Counted from the first letter of the stretch, positions 21,130 to 33,074 are shown. The stretch: 64,000 nucleotides of DNA from an uncultured Pelagibacteraceae bacterium (GCA_902605215.1 CACLBX010000002.1:6936-70935), one strand, 5' to 3'. Made by a program: numbers and translations. The notes: generated from the sequence alone by a model not told the origin.

Positions 21130-21740
21130 TAATTAATTTTTTTCTCAATTATCTTTTCAAACTCTGAAAAAGACATATTTCCCGAATAGAGGTCTCCATC
21201 TATGATAAAGGATGGGGTAGAGGAAACATCATAATCCTCAACGGCATCTATTCTCATTGTCAAAATAAAATCTGTTATTTCTTCATTTTCCATGCAGGAA
21301 TTGAATTCGTCCTCAGAAATGCTGAATAATGTAGAATATGTTCTTAATGCATCTGTGCTGTTTTCTAACACTCGGTCACTTTGTTTTGTAACAATCCACT
21401 TTTTTTGATCCTGAAATAAAAGTTTTTCCATAGCAAAAAAATCTTTTTCGTCTGTGCAGTGTAGTAGTTTAAAAGCATTTAAATCAATTGCATTCAACGC
21501 AAAGGGTCTGACCTCAAATTTAATTTTTCCCGTATCAATATATTTCTCTTTAATTTCCGGAAAAATATTATTGCTGAAATCTGCACAGTGACTACAAGTT
21601 AAAGAACGGTACTCAACAATAGTCAATGGAGCAGCATCATCTCCAAGCTGCATTCCCGTTAATGTGCTACTTATGGCTAGCGATTGATAAGACACCAAGA
21701 GTGACACAAGAAAGATAGAGAATTTATGAATAATTTTCAT
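21129..21740 (-). CDS. DsbA-like periplasmic thiol:disulfide oxidoreductase
   Basis: Signal peptide and a thioredoxin-fold CSHC active site (SLTCSHCADF). Confidence 0.8.
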   Translation of the reverse strand: MKIIHKFSIFLVSLLVSYQSLAISSTLTGMQLGDDAAPLTIVEYRSLTCSHCADFSNNIFPEIKEKYIDTGKIKFEVRPFALNAIDLNAFKLLHCTDEKDFFAMEKLLFQDQKKWIVTKQSDRVLENSTDALRTYSTLFSISEDEFNSCMENEEITDFILTMRIDAVEDYDVSSTPSFIIDGDLYSGNMSFSEFEKIIEKKIN

Positions 21741-21865
21741 TTTTAATAACTATAGCCTACATTTTGTATACAATAACTAAAACAATACACAACATGTTGA
21801 ATATACTCAATTTTTACCAATTTTAATAGGTTTTATTGCACAATTCTAAGTACAAAAAGAATTTG

Positions 21866-22361
21866 TCAAAATTTCGTCTTAGAAATTTTTGAAGCAATTT
21901 TTTCAAAGCTTTTTTTTAGTTCTGGAAAATCCGCTAGCTCTTCATATGTCTTATTTTTCTCTTTAATTTCATTATCTAATTGATTGAAATTAATATCTTT
22001 TCTAGATTTTTTATTTTTTAAATTGATTTGAATTATTTCAATCTTCTCAACAGCATTGTAGCCAAAAAATAAATTTATTTTATCTACAATTTTTTTATGC
22101 TCATGTTCAAAAGCAAAAGATATACTTCTATCAACTTTAACCACAAGTTTGCCCTTTCCTTTAGGGCTCGAGTTCGATGTTTTGATTTTAGTTGGGTAGG
22201 ACAATTTATTAAAACTTGTACCAACAATTTTCTCCCAATTTGAAAGTAGTTCTAGTTCAAAAAATCCTCTGTTTTTTAATAATTTCTTTGCGTCATTTGG
22301 TAGAAGATTTGATAGAATTTGAGGTCCACTAAGTTTTTTATAAGTCATATTAGAAATTAGC

Positions 22362-22363
<2 letters not shown>
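21866..22363 (-). CDS. DUF721-family protein (start may be M6 at 22348)
   Basis: N-terminal ...LSGPQILSNLL.., with WEKIVG and a KLVVKVD.. pattern. It is divergent from mutY, as is common in alphaproteobacteria. Confidence 0.6.
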
Positions 22364-24563
<2,200 letters not shown>

Positions 24564-24582
24564 AATAACTTAAATAATCTTC

Positions 24583-25188
24583 TTAATTCAATATATTGTG
24601 TACTGGTTTAAAAGATTTCCGATGTATTGGGGTAATTCCATGGTTTTTTAGAGCTGAAAGGTGCTCTTTTGTTCCATAACCTGAATTGGTTTGAAAGCCA
24701 TATTCTGGAAATTGCTTTGAATATTTAAGCATAATTTCGTCTCTATAAACTTTAGCAAGAATGGATGCTGCTGCAATTGAAACAGACTTACTATCTCCTT
24801 TAATAATACTAATGGTGTTGTTTTTTATATCTGGTTTGAAATTACCATCGATAAGTGTTGTTTTCGGAACGACTGATAGTCTATCACTCGCTCTTTTCAT
24901 TGCTAATAATGAAGCTTGTAAGATATTGATCTCATCTATTTCTATCTCGGATGCGGCTCCATAGGCATAAATACTATTCTCTTTTATCTTTTCTGCTAAC
25001 AATATTCTTTTAGCTTTAGGAATTTTTTTAGAGTCATTAATTCCTTCTGGAATATTTTTTCTATCAAGTATTACGGCTGCTGCAATTACTGGACCAGCAA
25101 GTGGACCTCTACCAACTTCATCAATACCAGCAATGGGCAAGGAAAAGTTATTTTCAAAAGCAATTAATTTCTGAGGGTCAAATTTCAA
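24583..25188 (-). CDS. rnhB: Ribonuclease HII
   Basis: Motif GIDEVGRGPLAGPV. Length is 201 aa. Confidence 0.93.
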   Translation of the reverse strand: MKFDPQKLIAFENNFSLPIAGIDEVGRGPLAGPVIAAAVILDRKNIPEGINDSKKIPKAKRILLAEKIKENSIYAYGAASEIEIDEINILQASLLAMKRASDRLSVVPKTTLIDGNFKPDIKNNTISIIKGDSKSVSIAAASILAKVYRDEIMLKYSKQFPEYGFQTNSGYGTKEHLSALKNHGITPIHRKSFKPVHNILN

Positions 25189-25189
25189 T

Positions 25190-25945
25190 TTATATTTTTA
25201 CTTTTTTCTTTAAACTTTTTAAATCTTCCCAAGAAAACTTTTTTTGAGCTGGCTGTCTTAACAAGAAAGCTGGGTGGAATGTAGGTAGTATCGGATACTT
25301 TTTTTTATTAATTTCTATATCTAACCACTTTCCCCTAATCTTGGTAATCCCCTCATTATTTTTAATTAATGCATAAGTAGCAGTGCTTCCTAATAACAAA
25401 ATTGCTTTTGGATTTACTATTTCAATGTGCTTTTTTATCATTGGTAAACATATCTCAATCTCTTCGTCTGTTGGCCTTCTGTTATTTGGTGGTCTCCAAG
25501 GAACAATATTCGCAATGTAAACTTTTTCTCGATTTAGATCGATGGCCTCTAGCATTTTATCCAACAGCTTGCCACTTCTTCCAACAAAGGGCTTCCCTTG
25601 AATATCCTCATCATGACCCGGAGCCTCACCTATAAGCATGATTTTTGCACTTGGGTTTCCATCTGAAAAGACCATGTTTGTTGCGCTTTTATGAAGTTCA
25701 CAGCCTTTAAAATTTGACATGTATTCTTTTAATGATTCTAGACTATCAATATTGAGAATATCTTTTTCGATTTCATGCTTAGGAAAGTCTGCTTCTTCTT
25801 TTGACTGGAGCTTATCAGGCGATTTTATTGTTCCTTTTCCATACCTATTTTTTGCCATATTTCCTATATTTTCATCAACCCCGCTTAATTTATATTGATT
25901 TAGTAGTTTTATAGTATTTTGAATATTTAACTTCGTCATAAACAA
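25190..25945 (-). CDS. Uracil-DNA glycosylase, family 4-like, with N-terminal extension
   Basis: Family-4 motifs: GNPSAKIMLIGEAPGHDED, PFVGRSGKLLD and a C-terminal HPAFLLR. Only 2 Cys residues are present. Confidence 0.85.
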   Translation of the reverse strand: MFMTKLNIQNTIKLLNQYKLSGVDENIGNMAKNRYGKGTIKSPDKLQSKEEADFPKHEIEKDILNIDSLESLKEYMSNFKGCELHKSATNMVFSDGNPSAKIMLIGEAPGHDEDIQGKPFVGRSGKLLDKMLEAIDLNREKVYIANIVPWRPPNNRRPTDEEIEICLPMIKKHIEIVNPKAILLLGSTATYALIKNNEGITKIRGKWLDIEINKKKYPILPTFHPAFLLRQPAQKKFSWEDLKSLKKKVKI

Positions 25946-25985
25946 ATTGAATTATAATGCTTATAAACTAAATATATAGTTAATA

Positions 25986-27632
25986 ATGGAGACTGATACT
26001 CAAAGAGAAGCGATGGAGTACGACGTAGTTATCGTCGGAGCGGGACCCTCGGGTCTAGCAACTGCTATCAAATTAAAGCAAATTAATGCTGATGCAAACG
26101 TGTGCATAGTTGAGAAGGCTTCAGAGGTCGGTGCCCATATTTTGAGTGGAAACGTATTTGAAACCAAAGCACTAGACGAACTATTACCTGACTGGCAGTC
26201 TATGGAAGGCTGCCCTCTAAAAACCAAAGTATCAAAAGAGAAATTTTTAGTTCTATCCGAAAAAAGTTATTTCTCTGTTCCATCATTTTTGTTGCCTCCC
26301 GTTCAACATAATAAAGGTAATTATATAACTAGCCTTGCTAATTTATGTAGATGGCTTGGGCAAGTTGCTGAAGGTATGGGTGTTGAGATATATCCTGGAT
26401 TTGCAGCTTCAGAAATTCTTTATGATGAGCAAGGGAAAGTAAGAGGTGTTGCGACAAATGATATGGGTCTTGATATAAATAATGAAAAAAAAGACTCATA
26501 TGAACCAGGTATAGAACTGCATGCCAAAGTTACTGTGTTTGCAGAAGGATGCAGAGGTCATCTAGGTAAACAATTAATTTATAAATTTAATTTATCAGAG
26601 AATTCTGATCCTCAGCAATATGGAATTGGTTTAAAAGAAATATGGGAAGTTCCGGAAGAGAATCACGACGAGGGAATGGTTTTACATTCAGTTGGATGGC
26701 CTTTAGAAAATGATACTTACGGTGGCAGCTTTGTTTACCATGCAGAAAATAAACAAATTTATTTAGGGTATGTTATTGGCTTAGATTACTCAAACCCATA
26801 TCTCTCACCATTTGAAGAATTTCAAAGATTTAAAACACATCCAGCCATTAAAAAAATGTTATCTGGTGGTAAAAGAATTTCATATGGAGCAAGAGCATTA
26901 ATTGAAGGTGGACTTCAAAGCTTACCAAAAATGTATATGCCTGGTGCGTTACTTATCGGATGCGATGCTGGCACTTTAAACATGCCTAAAATTAAAGGAT
27001 CGCATACTGCTATGAAAAGTGGAATTCTAGCCGCAGAAGCTATCAATGAATTTATTTCCGAAAGAGTGTCTGATTTATCAGTTTACGAGGAAAAATTTAA
27101 TAGTAGCTGGCTTTATAAAGAACTTCATGCAGCACGGAACGTGAAGCCTTTCTTTACTAGATTTGGAACAATGTTAGGCGTCATGTTAGCAGGAATTGAT
27201 CAATGGTTGTTTTGGGGAAAAATGCCATTCACTTTATCCCACAAGCACGCTGACCATGAAACACTTATCAAAGCTAAAGACGCAAAAAAAATTGAATATC
27301 CTAAGCCTGACGGGGTACTAACCTTTGATAGGTCAAGCTCGGTTTATTTGACGGGCACATACCATACAGAAAATCAACCTGTTCACCTTCAACTAAAAGA
27401 TAGTGAATTACCGATAAGTTATACACTGAACGAATACGACGAACCTTCGCAAAGATATTGTCCTGTAGGAGTTTACGAAGTCCATCAAGATAATGAAAGT
27501 GAAACACCTAGATTTGTGATCAATAGTCAAAATTGTATTCACTGCAAAACGTGTGACATCAAAGAGCCGTCGCAAAATATTAATTGGGTGACACCTGAAG
27601 GTGGAGGTGGGCCAAAGTATGCAAATATGTAA
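25986..27632 (+). CDS. Electron-transfer flavoprotein:ubiquinone oxidoreductase
   Basis: FAD motif VVIVGAGPSGL and a C-terminal 4Fe-4S region (YCPVGVY ... CIHCKTCDIK). Length is 548 aa. Confidence 0.93.
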   Translation: METDTQREAMEYDVVIVGAGPSGLATAIKLKQINADANVCIVEKASEVGAHILSGNVFETKALDELLPDWQSMEGCPLKTKVSKEKFLVLSEKSYFSVPSFLLPPVQHNKGNYITSLANLCRWLGQVAEGMGVEIYPGFAASEILYDEQGKVRGVATNDMGLDINNEKKDSYEPGIELHAKVTVFAEGCRGHLGKQLIYKFNLSENSDPQQYGIGLKEIWEVPEENHDEGMVLHSVGWPLENDTYGGSFVYHAENKQIYLGYVIGLDYSNPYLSPFEEFQRFKTHPAIKKMLSGGKRISYGARALIEGGLQSLPKMYMPGALLIGCDAGTLNMPKIKGSHTAMKSGILAAEAINEFISERVSDLSVYEEKFNSSWLYKELHAARNVKPFFTRFGTMLGVMLAGIDQWLFWGKMPFTLSHKHADHETLIKAKDAKKIEYPKPDGVLTFDRSSSVYLTGTYHTENQPVHLQLKDSELPISYTLNEYDEPSQRYCPVGVYEVHQDNESETPRFVINSQNCIHCKTCDIKEPSQNINWVTPEGGGGPKYANM

Positions 27633-27644
27633 AATTAGACGAGT

Positions 27645-29306
27645 ATGAGTTTTATAAGATTACTCTCTTTCATCTTAATATTTATTCTATCTTTCAGCTC
27701 AGCGAATGCCGCTAAAATAAATTTACCAAAAATAGGTGATTATTTAGTTGCAAACATATCAAGTAATTCAAATGATTATAAAATAACCAAGAGATATTAT
27801 CAAAAATTACACCGATCAAACCCAAATGATCTATTAGCTTTAGATCGATTACTACTTCTTAGTATCTTAGATGGTGACTTGTACAGCGCCAATAACTATT
27901 CATTTAAATTAGCTCAGGCAGGCTGTGATAAAAAAGTAAACTCATGCTGCATGAATAATCAGTCACCTCAGGGTCATCTCGTAAATGGCATTTCATATTT
28001 AAACTCTTACAAGCAAGGTTTTGCCGATCAGAGTTTTGCCAGTATATGGAGAGGAGAAATATCAGACAGTACTTTTGTTAGGCTTTTAAGGGCCTGGGTT
28101 TGGGCCGATAGTCCCTCTCTTGATAAGAGCATGGCATTGATCGACCTGATATCATCTGATGATCATCAATATCTTACCTTAGTTCATAAGGCTCTCATAT
28201 ATGACTTTGCAGATGAGATTGAACTAGCAGAAATTTTTTATGAGCAGTCACTGTCTATGCAAAACGATCTTTATGTAATGCAGTTATATTTAAATTTTTT
28301 GAACAGAAATAATCTTGTAAAAGAAAAAAATAATTTTGTAAGTGAGTATTTGTCTGATTATGATGATGCTTTTATAGAGAAGTTTACTAAATCCAATAAT
28401 AATCGAATTATTCAGAACCCATTACAGGGGATTGGTATTGTTTTATTCAACGCACAATCATTAATCAAAAACGTTAATCAAGAATTATCCCATATGTTGT
28501 TTCAATTGGCCTTAGAGACATCACCTAATATGCATGAGATAAAATACATATTTGCAACATTCTTGAGCCAAACACAAGATCAAGATAAAGCTCGAGATAT
28601 CTTAAGCTTAATACCTAAAACTCATTATCTAGGACATTTTGCAGCAATTCAAACATCGGAAACATATAGTTATGAAGATGAAAGTGTAAAAGCTATCAAT
28701 AATTTAAAAAATTTTTCAGAAAGTGAAGAAAATTTTGAAATATTTTTATCACTCGGAAATTTTTATCGATACGAAAAGGATTGGAACAACGCAATTAAGT
28801 CGTATCGAACAGCACTCGATTTAGGAGAAGCATTAGATAAAGATAACTTGTGGGAAGTTTATTTTAATATTGGGATAGTTCATGAAAGAACAAAAAATTG
28901 GAAATTGGCTGAACAAAACTTTATCAATGCGTTAGAACTTTATGAAGAACAGCCAGATGTATTAAATTATTTAGGTTATTCTTATATTGATATGGATCAA
29001 AATTTATCTACAGCCAAGGAAATGATTGAAAAGGCAATTTCTTTAAAGCCCAACGATCCTTACATTATTGATAGTCTGGCTTGGTATTATTATAAGGTTG
29101 GGCAATATGAAGATGCGCTCTCTTTGCTAGAGTTTTCAATTGATATGATGCCTTATGATCCCACAGTTAATGATCATTACGGAGACGTACTTTGGATGCT
29201 TGGAAATGAAATACAAGCGAGATATTATTGGAAAAAAGCAATAGAACTGGATATTGATGAGCCTCTTCAAGAAAAGATTCATAGAAAACTACTTAAAGGA
29301 ATCTGA
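27645..29306 (+). CDS. Secreted TPR-repeat protein
   Basis: Sec signal peptide (..SFSSANA/AK). The C-terminal half has repeated TPR-like 34-mers (W..A...Y..AL.L.P). Confidence 0.7.
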   Translation: MSFIRLLSFILIFILSFSSANAAKINLPKIGDYLVANISSNSNDYKITKRYYQKLHRSNPNDLLALDRLLLLSILDGDLYSANNYSFKLAQAGCDKKVNSCCMNNQSPQGHLVNGISYLNSYKQGFADQSFASIWRGEISDSTFVRLLRAWVWADSPSLDKSMALIDLISSDDHQYLTLVHKALIYDFADEIELAEIFYEQSLSMQNDLYVMQLYLNFLNRNNLVKEKNNFVSEYLSDYDDAFIEKFTKSNNNRIIQNPLQGIGIVLFNAQSLIKNVNQELSHMLFQLALETSPNMHEIKYIFATFLSQTQDQDKARDILSLIPKTHYLGHFAAIQTSETYSYEDESVKAINNLKNFSESEENFEIFLSLGNFYRYEKDWNNAIKSYRTALDLGEALDKDNLWEVYFNIGIVHERTKNWKLAEQNFINALELYEEQPDVLNYLGYSYIDMDQNLSTAKEMIEKAISLKPNDPYIIDSLAWYYYKVGQYEDALSLLEFSIDMMPYDPTVNDHYGDVLWMLGNEIQARYYWKKAIELDIDEPLQEKIHRKLLKGI

Positions 29307-29311
29307 TATCA

Positions 29312-30148
29312 TTGCACAAGCATACATTACAATCATACGCAAAAATTAATTTATTTCTTGAAGTAATTAAAAAACTTAAAAATGGTTATCATGATTTATC
29401 TTCTATTGTCACAAGAATAAGTATTTCTGATAAAATTAAAATTGATACAGCAGCTGATTTTTCTGTGAAATTTATAGGACCCTTTTGCTCGCAAGTAAGT
29501 CAAGAAAGCAATATTCATACTTTGTTTAAATTTCTATTAGATAATAATTTTATCAACCATAGTAATTACGCAATTCTTATTGATAAACAAATACCAGTTG
29601 GCTCTGGATTGGGAGGTGGATCCTCAAATGTTGCCGAAATTCTAAAGTACTTAATGAGCGAGGGCGCTTTATCAAAATCAAAATGTTTATTAGCTGCAAA
29701 AGAACTCGGTTCTGACATTGAATTTTTTTTAGAAGAAGGTTCAGCTTTAATTACTGGCACAGGTTCTGTTAAAAAAAGAATAAAATTATTCTCAGATAAA
29801 ATTTTCCTCCTAATTTACCCACAAATTTTAATGAGCACGAAAATAATATTTGAGCAGCATCAAATATTGAGTAAGGGTAATTTCCTTTACGAGGGCCAAA
29901 AACAAATTAGTGATATATTGCAGGAAACCTCAAATGATCTCGAGAAGACCGCTCTAACTCTTCATCAAGAAACAAGAATGGTAAAGCAGTTTCTCGAAAG
30001 CGATGAACGTTGTAATTTTACTAGAATGACAGGAAGTGGATCAGCATTTTTTGGATGTTACAATGATGAAGCTACTGCAAATGATGCTGTCTCTAAAATC
30101 AAAAAACTCCATCCTAAATGGTGGACTTGCCTTGCTAGAATAATATAA
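29312..30148 (+). CDS. ispE: 4-diphosphocytidyl-2-C-methyl-D-erythritol kinase
   Basis: GHMP kinase motif PVGSGLGGGSSNVA and an N-terminal AKINLFL. The start codon is TTG. Confidence 0.88.
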   Translation: MHKHTLQSYAKINLFLEVIKKLKNGYHDLSSIVTRISISDKIKIDTAADFSVKFIGPFCSQVSQESNIHTLFKFLLDNNFINHSNYAILIDKQIPVGSGLGGGSSNVAEILKYLMSEGALSKSKCLLAAKELGSDIEFFLEEGSALITGTGSVKKRIKLFSDKIFLLIYPQILMSTKIIFEQHQILSKGNFLYEGQKQISDILQETSNDLEKTALTLHQETRMVKQFLESDERCNFTRMTGSGSAFFGCYNDEATANDAVSKIKKLHPKWWTCLARII

Positions 30149-30191
30149 TCATTGCAAAATCTATTTGTTAAACTAAATAATGTATGAGTGT

Positions 30192-30266
30192 TGGGGCGTG
30201 GCCAAGCGGTAAGGCACCGCTTTTTGGTAGCGGCATTCGGAGGTTCGAATCCTCCCGCCCCAGCCA
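30192..30266 (+). tRNA. tRNA-Gln (anticodon UUG)
   Basis: The cloverleaf folds by hand. Acceptor stem TGGGGCG/CGCCCCA, anticodon stem CCGCT/AGCGG with loop TTTTGGT (anticodon TTG), T-arm GGAGG-TTCGAAT-CCTCC, and an encoded CCA. Confidence 0.9.
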
Positions 30267-30278
30267 AGGAAAAAAAAT

Positions 30279-30830
30279 ATGAGCAACTTTTTAAACAAAT
30301 ATAAATCTGTATATGATGTGTTTTTAGATAACTGGAGTTATCAATCACATTTTGTCTTATACCTTGAGGCCTTAATGCGCCAACAAACATTACTGCCCAC
30401 TTATATTAAAGAAATGATCTTTGCCTACATATCTGGCCTCAATGGATGCCAATATTGTAAAAATATTCACGCTGAAATATCTAAGAAATTATTAAGAGAT
30501 GCAAATGATGAGCAGCCACTTCTAGATATTGAAAATGCTGGTATAGAAGAAAAGTACAAACCAATTTTGAAATTAGCTCATAAAGTCAATGCGGATATAA
30601 AATCAATAGTTAATGAGGATGTAGATCAAATACTTCAATACGGCTTCGACGAACAAGTAATTTCAGAAATTATTTCAATATGTGGTGCCGCACAATTTAT
30701 GAATACAGTAGTGGTAGCTCATCAGATAAAACCTCTCGACGACGTTCAAAATATTGGCTCTGCAAAGATGATGATAGAAAAAGGTTATGATGGACTCGCT
30801 GAATATATGATCTCAAAAAGAAATAAATAA
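30279..30830 (+). CDS. AhpD-like / carboxymuconolactone decarboxylase family protein
   Basis: CxxC-H motif (NGCQYCKNIH) in an all-helical protein of 183 aa. It starts 12 nt after the tRNA 3' end. Confidence 0.7.
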   Translation: MSNFLNKYKSVYDVFLDNWSYQSHFVLYLEALMRQQTLLPTYIKEMIFAYISGLNGCQYCKNIHAEISKKLLRDANDEQPLLDIENAGIEEKYKPILKLAHKVNADIKSIVNEDVDQILQYGFDEQVISEIISICGAAQFMNTVVVAHQIKPLDDVQNIGSAKMMIEKGYDGLAEYMISKRNK

Positions 30831-31205
30831 TCAGGCTATTCGTAATAAACTCATTCCTAAAAAAAAAGCTCCAACTGTTAGAGCAAACGTGCCAATTATA
30901 TATAAAATTGAAATCAAAATACTACCATTTTGAATTAGCTCAAAAATATCCACATTAAAAGAAGAGAAAGTAGTAAAGCCCCCCAAGAATCCAATAGTGA
31001 TGAACATTTTAAGATTATCAGAAATATTAATTTTATCTGCGAAGTAGCTCCATGCTAAACCAATAAGGAATGCACCTATAACATTCACTGTGAGAGTTCC
31101 ATAAGGAAAAGAACTTACAAACGATTTATTAATTTGTTCTATAAGAACATATCTAGTAAGCGCTCCTATACCACCACCAATAAATATTGAAATAAATAAA
31201 CTCAT
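30831..31205 (-). CDS. crcB: Fluoride ion channel CrcB/Fluc
   Basis: 124 aa with 4 TM helices and the GFLGGFTTFSSF motif. Confidence 0.9.
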   Translation of the reverse strand: MSLFISIFIGGGIGALTRYVLIEQINKSFVSSFPYGTLTVNVIGAFLIGLAWSYFADKINISDNLKMFITIGFLGGFTTFSSFNVDIFELIQNGSILISILYIIGTFALTVGAFFLGMSLLRIA

Positions 31206-32053
31206 TAATCTTTTATGCCTACCAGATGAGTTAAAATTCCAAAGTGATCACTGGGATAAATATCATTTGATTTATTTCCTATAAGGCAGCTTTTTACAGG
31301 TTGACCCAAACCTTTTGGTCCTGCTTTTGAAGAAAATATATAATCAATTCTTCGGTCATACTCTAGAGTTTTCATTGCCCATTTATTTTCATTGGACCAT
31401 GTATAACCTGGTTCACCTATATTTGTGAGGTTCCAAACGTCTCTGAGAACTGTTTCATTGATGGGCTTTTTGTGCCCAGTGATCATTTTTATTTCATCAC
31501 TTTCAGGATCTGCATTAAAGTCACCGCACAATAAAACTGGAAATTTAGATTTTTGCAGATGGCTTATATACTCCATTAATTCTGTAACTTGGCTTTCTCT
31601 TACTGGTTGATGCTCGTATTTGTAGTTAAGGTGCGTACATATGACATTAATTGTAATACTGTTTTTATAGAGTAACTCAGCATGTATAAATAATTTCTTC
31701 TCATCTTTCTTAGGGTCTGCTTTAAACATTATTATTTGATGATTTTGTATTGGATATTTTGAGATTATAGCATTTCCAAACGCAACACCGTCAAACTCAA
31801 AAGATTTTCCATAAATATATTGGTAGCCTAGTTTGTCTGCTATTATTTTTGCTTGGCTTTCATCTGACTCTTCCCATACTTCCTGTAAGCACATTATATC
31901 AGCAGCTGTTTCTTGAAGCTCTGATAGAATTAAATTTTCTCTTTCCTTATAAGATTCAAACTTCCACCATAAGTTCCAGGTCACGAGCTTAATTGTCTCA
32001 CCGCTCTCTTCAATTATTATTGCATCGGGATCAGGAAAAGATTTATCACTCAT
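31205..32053 (-). CDS. Endonuclease/exonuclease/phosphatase (EEP) family protein
   Basis: EEP catalytic motifs TWNLW, CLQEVW, GDFNA and PSDHFG. No signal peptide. Confidence 0.8.
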   Translation of the reverse strand: MSDKSFPDPDAIIIEESGETIKLVTWNLWWKFESYKERENLILSELQETAADIMCLQEVWEESDESQAKIIADKLGYQYIYGKSFEFDGVAFGNAIISKYPIQNHQIIMFKADPKKDEKKLFIHAELLYKNSITINVICTHLNYKYEHQPVRESQVTELMEYISHLQKSKFPVLLCGDFNADPESDEIKMITGHKKPINETVLRDVWNLTNIGEPGYTWSNENKWAMKTLEYDRRIDYIFSSKAGPKGLGQPVKSCLIGNKSNDIYPSDHFGILTHLVGIKD

Positions 32054-32057
32054 TCAG

Positions 32058-32513
32058 TTACGGAAAGGCAACCATAATCGTTTCAGCTACATAAGCTGGC
32101 TTATCTTGACCTTCAATTTCGAGGGATACTTCGCTGATTACTTGCGTGCCACCGTTATCTAATTTGTTAACTTCGTTTATTTTAGCTGACATCCTTACTT
32201 TAGAATTTACGGGCACCATGTTAATGAATCTAACTTTGTTTAAGCCGTAATTTATTACCATTTTAGCGCCTGAAATAATCCATACTTGAGCGCTCAAAGG
32301 CACTGAAAGAGAAAGGCTTAAAAATCCATGAGCAATTGTACTTTTAGTTGGCAATTCTTTTTGAGCTTTTTCTTCGTCAACATGTATCCATTGATGATCA
32401 CTAGTTGCTTCAGCAAACTGATTTATTCTTTCTTGATCAATAATCATCCACTCTGAATGACCCATTTCTTTGCCTTTGTATGACTCAATTTCATTAACAT
32501 CAACTGTCAGCAT
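32058..32513 (-). CDS. MaoC-like (R)-specific enoyl-CoA hydratase, hot-dog fold
   Basis: Motifs ATSDHQWIHVDEE and IAHGFLSLSL. Length is 151 aa. Confidence 0.85.
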   Translation of the reverse strand: MLTVDVNEIESYKGKEMGHSEWMIIDQERINQFAEATSDHQWIHVDEEKAQKELPTKSTIAHGFLSLSLSVPLSAQVWIISGAKMVINYGLNKVRFINMVPVNSKVRMSAKINEVNKLDNGGTQVISEVSLEIEGQDKPAYVAETIMVAFP

Positions 32514-32585
32514 AATATATCTCCCAATTCGTAATTTTTAATTGTAAAATCATAACGAAAATAAGCTAATAATAGAAGTTTTATA

Positions 32586-33074
32586 ATGGAAAATATTCGA
32601 CGAACTAAACCTGATGATGAAATAAATATATCTAGTTTGCTGGATGAAGCATTTGGACCAGGAAGATTAGCAAGATCTGTATATCGTTTGAGAGAAATAA
32701 GACCTTTCATTGATGAATTTTCATACGTCTACTTGAATGACTCAAAAATTGCGGCAAGCATTAGTTACAGTGAAACGTATATAAACAACTTATTTAAAGG
32801 ACTTTTACTAGGCCCTCTAGCAGTCAGTCCTGCCTTAAAAGGCAAGGGTCATGGTAAAGAATTAGTAAAATACACAATTAATAAAATAGAATTGGGCAAT
32901 ATTTATGACTTTATAATTGTCGTCGGTGACTTAGATTATTATTCAAAATTTGAATTCAATAAAGTTGAGAAGAACTTAGAATTTTATGGTCCTGTAGATA
33001 AGGATAAAGTTTTGATAAAATTGATTGGTACAAAAATAAATATAAATGATATTGAGCAGTATAAATTTACTTAG
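32586..33074 (+). CDS. GNAT acetyltransferase
   Basis: Acetyl-CoA binding segment LGPLAVSPALKGKGHGKELV. Length is 162 aa. Confidence 0.75.
   Translation: MENIRRTKPDDEINISSLLDEAFGPGRLARSVYRLREIRPFIDEFSYVYLNDSKIAASISYSETYINNLFKGLLLGPLAVSPALKGKGHGKELVKYTINKIELGNIYDFIIVVGDLDYYSKFEFNKVEKNLEFYGPVDKDKVLIKLIGTKININDIEQYKFT

Noticed and set aside
30058-30390. A 110-aa minus-strand ORF spans the ispE 3' end, the tRNA-Gln gene and the start of the AhpD-like gene.
   Set aside because: It runs antisense through a clean tRNA and two supported CDSs, and it has no motif support.
32514-32585. A fluoride riboswitch upstream of the maoC-EEP-crcB string.
   Set aside because: Only ~72 nt are available and they are shared with a divergent gene. 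No crcB-motif-like conserved nucleotides or pseudoknot are visible by eye. The absence is reported as part of a finding.
30192-33074. A tRNA-Gln-adjacent genomic island.
   Set aside because: There is no integrase and no direct repeat of the tRNA 3' end downstream. There is no compositional break. The downstream genes (DUF1285-Nudix-cca) are conserved alphaproteobacterial neighbours.
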